DNA of 56,474 bases. Origin: an uncultured Collinsella sp. (GTDB lineage: Bacteria; Actinomycetota; Coriobacteriia; Coriobacteriales; Coriobacteriaceae). The stretch spans positions 1 through 56,474 of the forward strand of contig CABSNH010000001.1 in NCBI GenBank assembly GCA_902478985.1, given 5' to 3'. The notes beneath the pieces are model-generated. The model saw only the letters and a program-made list of their open reading frames with translations, searched no databases and was not told the origin of the DNA. The number at the start of each line of letters is the position of its first letter. Positions within the stretch are counted from its first letter, which is position 1. The position numbers were made by a program, and so were the translations under genes. Shown here in pieces: positions 36,747 through 47,000 of this stretch.

Positions 36747-38270
36747 ATGCCGTGCACAACGATTTTGGTTGGTAAGAACGCGAGCTACGACGGGTCGACG
36801 CTGGTTGCCCGCAATGAGGACTCGTCCAACGGGGTGTTTGAGCCCAAGCGCATGCGTGTTGTGCACCCCGACGAGCAGCCGCGTGTCTACACAAGCGTCT
36901 TGAGCCACCTGACCGTTGAACTGCCCGACAATCCCATGCGTTACACAAGCGTCCCCGACGTTGTCCCGGGTCATGGCGTTTGGGCCGAGGCCGGCTTCAA
37001 CGAGCTCAACGTTGGCATGTCCGCAACCGAGACGCTTACCACCAACGAGCGCGTCCGCGGCGCCGATCCGCTCGTGGACTACGTGCCCGCCAAGGGCAAC
37101 GAGGGCGAGGACGGCTATGTTCCGGCGCAGCCCGGCGGTTTGGGCGAGGAGGATATGGTGACCCTGGTGCTGCCGTACGCCAAGTCTGTCCGCGATGGCG
37201 TGCGTATCCTGGGTGATCTGCTCGAGCGCTACGGTACCTACGAGAACAACGGCATCGCATTTAGCGACGTTGACGAGATCTGGTGGCTCGAGACCATCGG
37301 CGGCCACCACTGGATCGCCAAGCGCGTGCCCGATGATGCCTATGTGACCATGCCCAACCAGCTGGGTATCGACAGCTTTGACCTGGACGACGCCGAGGGC
37401 GCCCAGGTCGACCACATGTGCTCCGCCGACCTGCGCTCCTGGATGGCCGAGTGGCATCTGGATCTGACGCTGGGCGTTGAGGGCGACGGTCCGGCGACAG
37501 TCTTCAACCCGCGCGAGGCCTTTGGCTCGCACAGCGATAGCGACCACGTCTACAACACGCCGCGCGCCTGGTACATGCAGCGCTGCCTCAACCCCAGCGA
37601 TGTGTGGGACGGTCCCGAGGCCGACTACACGCCCGAGAGCGACGACATCCCCTGGAGCCGCGTGCCCGAGCGCAAGGTGACCATCGAGGACATCAAGTAC
37701 GTGCTTTCGAGCCACTACCAGGGTACGGAGTACGACTGCTACGGCAGCAAGGGCACGCCCGCCACGCGCGGCGCCTATCGTCCCATCGGCATCAACCGCA
37801 ACAGCCAGCTCGCCGTGCTGCAGCTGCGCCCCTATGCGCAGCCGGCGTATCGCGCCGTGCAGTGGATGGCGTTTGGCTCCAACTCGTTTAACGCGCTCGT
37901 GCCGCTGTACGCCAATGTCGAGATCATGCCCGAGTACTATGCCGGCACGCAGGCTCGCGTGACGTCCGAGAATTTCTATTGGGCAAATCGCCTGATTGGT
38001 GCCTTGGCCGATGCTCGCTTCCATGAGTGCGGTCGCGCGGTCGAGGATTATCAGGAGAAGGTCGGCGGCATGGGGCACAAGCAGATTCACGATGTTGACG
38101 CTGTCGTAGCCGCGCTGCCCGAGGCCGAGGTGCCTGCCGAGCTCGCCCGCGCCAACGAGGCCTTTGCCGAGCTCGTGCGCGTGGAGACCGACGCCCTGTT
38201 GGGCAAGGTGCTCTACACCACGAGCTGCGCCATGAAGAACTCCTTCGCGATGAACGACAACGTAAGGTAA
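36747..38270 (+). CDS. C69 family dipeptidase
   Basis: N-terminal nucleophile MPCTTILVGKNASYDGST..ARNED; MSATET; SSHYQGT; AAGGAGG RBS. Confidence 0.93.
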   Translation: MPCTTILVGKNASYDGSTLVARNEDSSNGVFEPKRMRVVHPDEQPRVYTSVLSHLTVELPDNPMRYTSVPDVVPGHGVWAEAGFNELNVGMSATETLTTNERVRGADPLVDYVPAKGNEGEDGYVPAQPGGLGEEDMVTLVLPYAKSVRDGVRILGDLLERYGTYENNGIAFSDVDEIWWLETIGGHHWIAKRVPDDAYVTMPNQLGIDSFDLDDAEGAQVDHMCSADLRSWMAEWHLDLTLGVEGDGPATVFNPREAFGSHSDSDHVYNTPRAWYMQRCLNPSDVWDGPEADYTPESDDIPWSRVPERKVTIEDIKYVLSSHYQGTEYDCYGSKGTPATRGAYRPIGINRNSQLAVLQLRPYAQPAYRAVQWMAFGSNSFNALVPLYANVEIMPEYYAGTQARVTSENFYWANRLIGALADARFHECGRAVEDYQEKVGGMGHKQIHDVDAVVAALPEAEVPAELARANEAFAELVRVETDALLGKVLYTTSCAMKNSFAMNDNVR

Positions 38271-38418
38271 AGATAACCTTGCAACGAGCGAGCGGGACAA
38301 ACGCCGTCAAAGGCTTTGCCCCGCTCGATTCCTATCTTGGCGGTAAAACGATTTTGTGTCGTTCGCTCAATCTTGGGTACAAGAAGGCCAATGCAGTTGT
38401 TCACGATTGGAGCCAACC

Positions 38419-38835
38419 ATGGTTATGAAATTCGATCAGCTTGTTAACGGTGCCATCAACGTGGGCTTCGGCGCCGCCGCCGTTGCCGTCGAGGGCGGCA
38501 AGAAGGTCCTCGACGACCTCAATACCAAGGGTGAGCAGGTGCGCAAGGACGCCGGCACTCCCGATATCGCCCGCAGCGTGTCCGACATGTTCGAGCAGGC
38601 CGGCGGCACCATTTCCGACCTGACCGAGCGCCTGGGCATGCAGGGCGAGACTGCGGCGCAGCGCGTGCTCGACGAGCTCATCCTGGCTCGCGTCCGGGTT
38701 ATGACCGCCCCCGAGCGCACGGCCTTTTTGGCCCATGTGCGCGACATCGTCGACTCGGTCGAGGACAACGTGACTTCGGTGCCCGTCGAGTCCGTTGAGC
38801 CCGACGATGCAGAGGACACCGAAGAGGCCGAGTAG
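38419..38835 (+). CDS. Hypothetical phasin-like helical protein
   Basis: GAINVGFGAAAVAVEGGKKVLDDLNTKGE pattern; co-oriented directly upstream of the UbiB kinase. Confidence 0.7.
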   Translation: MVMKFDQLVNGAINVGFGAAAVAVEGGKKVLDDLNTKGEQVRKDAGTPDIARSVSDMFEQAGGTISDLTERLGMQGETAAQRVLDELILARVRVMTAPERTAFLAHVRDIVDSVEDNVTSVPVESVEPDDAEDTEEAE

Positions 38836-38843
38836 CAGCGCAG

Positions 38844-40607
38844 ATGGCAGATTCCACCACCGATTACAACAATCTAGATCCCTTGGGTGACGAGACGGCG
38901 GTTGTCGATGAGGTTGAGGCCGCCGTCTCGGGCGCTCGTAAGAAGCCACGCGCTGTCGATATGGTCCCCGAGGAGCCCGACGCGATGGCGCCGGACGAGG
39001 AGTATCAGCTCACACCGGCAGGTCGTCGTGAGCGCATTGGGCAGATCGTTCGCCTGATCAAAAAGTACCGCGTATGGGATAACCTCACGCCGGTGCGTCT
39101 GCGTCGTCTGCTCGAAGAGCTCGGTCCCATGTTCGTCAAGATGGGGCAGATTCTGGCTAACCGCTCCGAGATTTTGCCGCAGCGGTTTTGCGACGAGCTC
39201 CGTCGCCTGCGCTCCGACGTAGAGCCGGTGCCATATGAGGTAGTGCTCCGCTGTCTGGAAGAGGAATACGGCCAGCGCCTGGGGCAGATGTTCGACGCGA
39301 TCGACCCCAACCCGCTCGGAAGCGCGTCGCTCGCGCAGGTGCACCGCGCCCGTCTGGTGACCGGCGAGGACGTGGCCGTTAAGGTGCAGCGCCCCGGCGC
39401 GCAACAGGTCATGGCGCAGGACATCGACATCATCCGTTCGGTGGTGCGCATCGTTTCCAAGTTCGTCAACACCGATCAGTTTGTTGACCTGCACGGTGTG
39501 GTCGAAGAGCTGTGGACCTCATTTCGCGAGGAGACCAACTTTTTGGCCGAGGCCAAAAACCTCAACGATTTCTATGACTTCCACAAAAGCGTGCACGGCG
39601 TTTCGTGTCCCAAATCCTACCTGGACCTTTGCACCGAACACGTCGTGGTCATGGACTACATCGACGGCATCTCCATTGCCGATCCCGAGCGCCTGGTGGC
39701 CGAGGGCTATGACCTGGAAAAGATCGGCTCGGCGATCGTCGAGGACTATTCGACGCAGGTGCTCGACGACGGCTTTTTCCATGCCGACCCGCATGCGGGA
39801 AACATCATCCTCAAAGACGGCATTGTCTACTTTATTGACCTGGGCATGGTCGGGCGCATGTCGAGCCACGACCGCGGTATCGTCAAGGATATGATTTTCG
39901 CCGTGGCCGAGGGCGATGTGCCCAAGCTCAAGGATTCGCTCATGCGTTTTGCCGTGACGCGCGGTGATTCGGCCGAGCTCGATCATTCGGCCTTTTTGTC
40001 CGATTTGGACTTTATCGTAGCCGACTTTGCAGGGCTCGATCTTAAGGACCTGGATATCGGCGAGTTTTTGACCTCGCTGCTAAACCTGGCGCGCAAAAAC
40101 GATGTTGAGCTGCCGAGCGTGGTGACGATGTTCGCGCGCGGCATGGTGACGCTCGAGGGCCTGCTGACCGAGTACATGCCCAACGTCAATATGATCCAGA
40201 TCATCCAGGCGCACATCAAAAACGAGAAGAGTACCTATGCGCGCGTCCGCGAAATGGGGCGCGATCTTGCCGCGAGCAGCTATCGCGCGGCAAAAGGCTC
40301 GCTCGAGGCGGCCGAGTATCTGGGCTTGGTGTCGCGCATGCTCACGCGCGGCCAGCTTAAGGTAAACACGCAGATCATGAGCAGCGATAAGGCGCTGCGG
40401 CAGCTGGGTGGAATTATCGACCGCATGTCGATGGCAATTGTGATCGCCGGCCTGTTTATCGGCTCGTCGGTGGTGTACTACGCACGCATCGAGCCGGTTG
40501 TGTTTGGTATCCCGGTCATTGGCTTTATGGGCTATGTGAGCGCACTGGTGCTGGCGCTGATGCTGGGCCGCGAGATCTGGCGCAACAGCCACGGCGGCAA
40601 GCGGTAA
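38844..40607 (+). CDS. AarF/UbiB/ABC1 family atypical kinase with C-terminal TM helices
   Basis: LGPMFVKMGQ, GSASLAQVHRA, VAVKVQRPG, FFHADPHAGN, FIDLGMVG. Confidence 0.93.
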   Translation: MADSTTDYNNLDPLGDETAVVDEVEAAVSGARKKPRAVDMVPEEPDAMAPDEEYQLTPAGRRERIGQIVRLIKKYRVWDNLTPVRLRRLLEELGPMFVKMGQILANRSEILPQRFCDELRRLRSDVEPVPYEVVLRCLEEEYGQRLGQMFDAIDPNPLGSASLAQVHRARLVTGEDVAVKVQRPGAQQVMAQDIDIIRSVVRIVSKFVNTDQFVDLHGVVEELWTSFREETNFLAEAKNLNDFYDFHKSVHGVSCPKSYLDLCTEHVVVMDYIDGISIADPERLVAEGYDLEKIGSAIVEDYSTQVLDDGFFHADPHAGNIILKDGIVYFIDLGMVGRMSSHDRGIVKDMIFAVAEGDVPKLKDSLMRFAVTRGDSAELDHSAFLSDLDFIVADFAGLDLKDLDIGEFLTSLLNLARKNDVELPSVVTMFARGMVTLEGLLTEYMPNVNMIQIIQAHIKNEKSTYARVREMGRDLAASSYRAAKGSLEAAEYLGLVSRMLTRGQLKVNTQIMSSDKALRQLGGIIDRMSMAIVIAGLFIGSSVVYYARIEPVVFGIPVIGFMGYVSALVLALMLGREIWRNSHGGKR

Positions 40608-40642
40608 TGACCCCTGGGGGACGGAGGAAAACGGATCATTTT
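40608..40642. repeat. Single arm of the 2336-2424 palindrome family
   Basis: TGACCCCTGGGGGACGGAGGAAAACGGATCATTTT immediately after the stop codon. Confidence 0.8.
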
Positions 40643-40758
40643 GCTCAGCGATCCATCCATGCCCTAATCTATCGCAAACCATAGCTTTTACCTTGGGCTT
40701 CGCCTGTGTGCGGGGCCCTTTTGCGTGCTACCATACTGACAGTAATAATCGATGGCCT

Positions 40759-40930
40759 AGATGGTGGTGCGGAGACGCACGAATGCGCGATTTTCCTGCG
40801 CGTTTGGGAGAATCGGGGTGCAAGTCCCCGGCTGTACCAGTAACCGTAATTCCTCTTGGTCCGGGATGGTCGCGTCGCAGATCGGACGGCGCACCCGGGT
40901 CGGTAAGGTTAAGTCGGATCGCCTCCCATC
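40759..40930 (+). ncRNA. Cobalamin (B12) riboswitch
   Basis: GATGG...CCATC closing stem; GGGAGAATCGGGGTGCAAGTCCCCGGCTGTACCAGTAACCGTAA core; AAGTCGGATCGCCT B12-box variant; heads DUF4430 genes. Confidence 0.85.
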
Positions 40931-41074
40931 TTGTACGTGACCGCGGCGCATGCCGCCGGTACGCGTTGGGCTCTGGAGGGAAGGGGGACCCCGATGGGGG
41001 TACTCAAGCGCAATATGCGCGATGATGTGGGGCAGCCGCTGGGCAATGCTCCCAGTGCAGACAGTAGGAGACAA

Positions 41075-44000
41075 ATGGATATGTTTGAGGACGAGTGCCA
41101 GCGCGCCTCGTGGCGCCGGCATGGAGCGATTGCCCGTGGCGTAGCCAAGCGCGGTCTGGTGGCGTTCCTGGCTTTTGCCATGGCTTTTGGCACCACGCCG
41201 GCGCAACTTTGGGCCGAGGGCGCCGAGGGCATTGCCGAGGCCGTGGCTCAGGCTACGACGGGCGGCGAGGGCGCGGCGGCAGACGATGGCACTGCTGCCG
41301 ACACCGGCGCGAACGGTGCTGCCGTGGAGGACGGCACGGGTACCAGTGACGCTGCGGCCGGTCAGGGTGCAACTTCGGGCGCCGCGAAGGGCGATGACGC
41401 CGCAGGTGATGCGGCTGAGTCCGACAGTTCCGCCGCGATGCCTGCTGCCGCTTCGGAGCAGGGCGAGCTGAAGGCCGCTGCCGCTTCTGCCACGACGCTT
41501 TCCAGCGAGGCCAAGGTCTTCATCCAGGACACCAAGGATAAGGACAACTCGTATTCCACGAAGTCGGGTGCGCTCAGCGCGGACGATACGCTCTGGGCAA
41601 ACATGTACGACGAGGTCGAGGACGACTGGTACGGCACTTCGACTGAGTCCGTTGCCAATCCCGGCACCTGGACTTACACCTGGCTCGCCGGCACGACCAG
41701 ACACAGCAGCAATGTCGCCGACTACACCGAGGTCGTAGGCCACGAGCAGTCGCTCACCGTCACCGCCGCGATGGAAGGCAAATACTTCATCTGCAAGGTA
41801 ACGGTTGATGGCAAGGACTACTATGGTCCGTCCGTTTCTTCCGGCTCGGGCATCAATGCCAACTTCATCCCCGGTCCCGTGTTGGGCGCCGGGCAGATGG
41901 AGCTTAGCAGCGTCAAGCTCAGTAGCGACACGCCGAGCATAGGCGATACCCTTACGGCGACTCCGTACAAGGATTGGTCGAGCCCCGCGGGCTCCGACGC
42001 CAAGGTTACCTACACGTGGTCCGCATCCACCTCGCAGTCCTCGGGCTTCACCAAGATCGAGGGCGCGACGGGCGCCGCGCTCACGCTGACCGACGACCTC
42101 GAGGGCAAGTACGTCAGAGTCGAGGCCACTGCCGGCGTCAACACGGTGAGCAAGACCACTTCCAGCAAGGTCAAACAGGCCGGTGCGGTCGAGATTTCGG
42201 CCGTGTCCATCATCAACACCAAGGACAACACGAGTGTCTTTGCGGTGGGGGATACCGCTAAGGCCCGCGCCAAGGAGAAGGGCGGCGCGTACGGCGCATT
42301 CGTCGACGCGAGCAAGCTCAACTATCAGTGGCAGTGCTCTGGCACCAAGAGTGGCAAGTATACCGACATTGCGGGTGCTACGGGTGAGACCCTCGAGCTA
42401 ACCGATGCTTTGGGCGGCAAGTACCTCAAGTGCAAGGTGTCTTCGAAGATCGGCTCTTCGAGCATGACCAACTCGACGGGCGCTCTCGTTGCAGCCGCCG
42501 GTTCAATTAATGTCTCGAGCGTGACTATGAGCCCGACTTCGGGCAAAGTCGAGGTTGGCTCCACGATTACGGCGACCGCCAAGGCGGGTTCCACCGACGT
42601 TACCACCGATTCGCATGTCACGTGGCAGTGGTATAAGGGCACCGCGAAATACGCGAGCTCGTGCAACACGCCTATCGAGGGTGAGACCGGTAACACCCTG
42701 ACGGTGACCGCCGCCCTTAAGGGCTACTACGTCGTGGCTAAGGCCAATGGCGGCTATGGCGAGGAGAAGCCCTACTATGCGGCAGGTCCTGTCTCGGTTG
42801 CGGGTCAGGTTGAGCTTTACGACGTGCAGTTTGAGGGCTCTCCTGCCACCAACGGCGTGCACGTGGGCGATAAGCTCAAGACCAAGGTGCGCAAAAAGGA
42901 CGGCTCGAAGTACAGCTATATCGACCGCACCGATAATGTGACCTACCAGTGGCAGTATGCAAATAGTAGCTCGAGCTTCGACTCCGCTTACACCGATATC
43001 CCCGGTGCTACCGAGGCCACCTATACCGTTGACGCCGCCTATGCCGGCAAGTATCTGCGCGTAAAGGTGACGAGCGAAAATACCGTTTTCAGTACGCAGA
43101 AGAAGAGCTCCTCCGGCGGCACGCAGTCTGTTGCTCCGCTTGGCCCCGTGACGCTTAAGGGCCAGTACAAGCTGGCGGGCATTGAGCTTGCCGATAAGAA
43201 CGTTACGCTGAGCGTGGGTTCAAAGATCACACCGAGCGTGCAGGTTCCGGGTCCTTGGTCGGGCTCGACCAAGGACGTGCCCGATGATGCCGACATCACC
43301 ATGGCGTGGTACGCGAGCGAGAACGGTACCGATTGGACCGAGCTCACCGACGGCGTCGATACGACTGATGGCAGCCTGACTATTACGGATGCGCTTGTCG
43401 GCAAGAAGATCAAGGTTACCGCGAGCGCGCTCGATAACACCGTTGAGTGGGTTTCGCCCGACAGTGTTACCGCGGCGGGGGAGTATAACCTGCTGCGCGT
43501 GACCACTACGCCGCAGATCAATAGCGAATCGACCCATCTCGTCTCGGGCGATAGCGTTAAGGCGACGGCGCAGGCCAAGCGCGCCGACGGTTCGGCCACC
43601 AACGGTATCGACGTCACCGGTCAGGCGACTGTTGTCTGGTATGCGGCCGACGACGCGAAGGCTCCCGCGGCCGACTGGACACTTCTGTCCGATATGTCGG
43701 GCGCCACGGCAACGGTTTCGGCTTCTGCCGCGGGCAAGTATCTGAAGGCTGTCGCCACGAGCGGCAGCTCGACAGTCGAGCTTGTCTCTGCCAACAAGGT
43801 TATCGCCGCGGGTTCGCTCGAGGCTGCAGTCCAAAAGCTCAACGATGCTAACAAGCAGATTGTTGTTGACTACAGCGCCAAGGGCGGCAACGTCAATGAT
43901 GCGCTGAAGGCACAGCTTGCTGATCTGGGATTTACCGACGTTGACGTTAAGGTCTCCGAGGGCGGCGTGCTCTTTAAGGCTGAGGACGCCAAGACCACGG

Positions 44001-47000
44001 TCGGCATCTCCGACGCCCAGGGTAAGACCAACGGCGATGTGACGTTCTTCTTCATTGATCCCAACGACTACACCGGTTACAACATTGACGGTCTGCGTAG
44101 CGCCGACGTCGTGTTTGAGCTGTCGCGCGATGGCAAGACCGAGTATTACCAGCCCAGTAAGTCGGTGCAGGTTGCTTGGGACGAGGCTCGTGTGCAGCAG
44201 ATGCTCGACGATGCCGCCCAGAAGGTTGCCATCGGTTACGCTGCGGGCGATTCGGCTGAGTCCGTCACGTCCAACCTCACGCTTCCATATCGCGTGGGCT
44301 CCAAGAGCAAGTTCGAGGTTAGCTGGAAGAGCTCCGACGGCGATGTCATTTGGCCGTCCGGTTATGGCTGGGACGACTACACCGGCAAGGTGACGCGCGT
44401 TTCGAGCGATCGCACCGTAACGCTGACCGCGACGGTTTCGTTTGTGAGCGGTGGCCCGTCTGACGTTAAGGGCTCGCACGACTTCGCCGTGACCGTCAAG
44501 GGCGACCCCGAGAAGGTCGTTGCCGACAAGAAGGCACTGCAGGAGAAGGTCGATGCGGCCTTTACCTACGACAATATCAAGTACTTCGACACCAAAACGG
44601 TTGCCAACAAGGACGGCCTGACCGCCGACCTGCAGATGCCGCGCACGAGCACGCTCAATATCGACGGCAAGTATTACGAGGTCAAGTACTCTGCCAGCAC
44701 CGATGACATTACGTTCAACGGCTACAAGGGCACGGTCTATCAGCCACTGCCTGGCAAAGAGGCAGCGAAGACCAAGATCACCCTTACGGTGACCGATAAG
44801 TCCAACGCCGAGGTCACGGCAAGCAAGACCCTCGACTTTGCGATTTCTCCGCAGGACCAGGGCGAGCTCGATGCCGAGCTTTCTCTTATGGAAAAGGCGA
44901 AGGCCGGCTATGCTGCCGCCATTCTGAATGGCCAGGACGCCAATGCCGTTTCGGCGGACATGCACGCGTTCCAGAAGGCGTATCTCGATGCCGACGGCAA
45001 CCTTGCCTGGAGCTACAACAAGACGACGACCGATTCGACGTCCCTTGGTATTGTCCCGGAGGATCTGCCTGGCTATGACGCGATGTCCGGGCAGGATTGG
45101 CGTCAGTTTAAGTCGAGCAACAGCTCTATTGTCTCCGCAGAGAATCTCAAGGTCACGCAGCCGCAGTACAACACGAAGGTTGTCGTTTCCTCGCGCCTGA
45201 CGAGTGAGAAGTACGCTCGCTATGCTGAGCGCTATCCCGACAATGTCACGTATGCCAAGCTTGCCAACCAGGATGTCTCGGCAACGTTGACGGTCGTGGG
45301 CACGAGTGGTCAAAACAGCCCCGAGGTCACAGCGACGTGCTCGGTTATTGGCGTCGACGCCAAGGGCAAGCAGCAGACGTGGGCTGCCGCTTCGCAGTAC
45401 ACGCTCAAGAACGGCTCGACTGCCGCCGATCTTTCCGAGGAGCTCTTTAAGCAGTCTGGCCTCAAGGCCGACTACGACCCCAACGGCTCTTGGGGTTGGG
45501 TGCTCAATTCCATTACGTCGCCTTTCGATGCCGATCGCACCCTTGCATACGACCATGCTACGGGTGCCTATTGGCAACTATTCATCAACGGCGTCGCTGC
45601 GTCGGTGGGCGCTGGCAACTACAAGCTCGAGGCGGGCGACTCTGTCGTCTGGTGTTACTCGAAGTACGGTGACGCTGCGCCCACCGACCAGCTTTCGGTA
45701 AGCTGTACCGTTGTCGGTCAGGACGCTTCAGGTGCTCAGCAGACGTGGGCGCAACCTACGACCTCGCTGGTGGAAGAGGGCGCAACTGCCGCCGATCTTT
45801 CCGAGCAGGTCTTTAAGCAGGTCGGTATTGGCGCCGACACTGGCACGGGCTCGTACGGTTGGTTCCTCAATTCGTTGACCTCGCCGTTCGAAAAGAACGT
45901 GACGCTTTCGACCGAGCAGGTTAACGAGAGTACCTGGAAATACTGGCAGTTCTTTGTCAACGGCAAGATGGCCAATGTCGGCGCCGGCAACTACACGCTC
46001 AAGGCCGGCGATGAGATTGCCTGGGTCTATGGTTCCGATGGCACCATGCCCGGTCAGGTTTCTGTCTCGATGGAGATCATCGGCAAGAAGGACGATAAGG
46101 CACAGCGCTGGACCGATCCTTCGAAGCAGGTGTTTGTTGGGGGCACGACGGTCAAGGACGCCACTGCCGCCTACTTTGATGCCTTGGGCATCAAGTCCGA
46201 GATGTACGATCAGCTGGGCTTCTGGGGCGTTCACAGCCTTGTCTCTCCGCTTGACGGCACTAAGTTGGCCGGCGCTTGGTCGTACTTTGTTAACGGTGTT
46301 CCCGGTTCTCAGCTCGATAGTGACTACGTGCTCAAGTCGCGTGACAAGATCGTCTGGGCTTATGCTGCCGGCGATACGGTGCCTAATCCCGACGAGGTCG
46401 TAGTCAATCCGAGCGCCCCGCGTCCGACCGATTGGAAGTCCGATTGGGACGGCAAGTCCAATGCGGCGGTCGAGAACGTTTCGACGCCTACGGGTGCGCT
46501 AGCGAGCTCTTGGACGTTCGACTGGAAGGCGTATTCTGGTTCGGCGTATCCCAACGCGAGTGAACCTATTGTCGTGAACGGCAACGTGTATCTTGCCGTC
46601 AACAAGCGTTTGCTAAAGATTGACGCCAAGTCGGGCAAGGTCCTTGCCGAGTCGAATCTTAAGACTGCGGTCGGTTACACCTCGCGCCCGATTTATGCGA
46701 ACGGTTTGGTTATTGTTCCGCTTGACGGCGGTGCGGTCCAGGCTCTGACGGCTGACGCGCTCACAACGGTTTGGGTCACCGACTCCGTGAGCGAGACTGC
46801 TCAGTCGAATTCTCAGCTGACAATTGATGGCAATTACCTCTATGTCGGCACCGTTGATGTCGACTATGGAAAGGGTACGTACAATAACGGTCATCTGACG
46901 CGTATTAACATCCTGACCGGCGCTGTTTCTTGGCAGCATGTCAATGCCGACGAGGGTTATTACTGGACGGGCGCGACGGTGGGCGATGACTTTGTCTTGG

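Noticed and set aside
40931..41074. Upstream start for the giant surface protein
   Set aside because: Lies in the riboswitch leader with no SD; ATG at 41075 has AGGAG and precedes the signal peptide.
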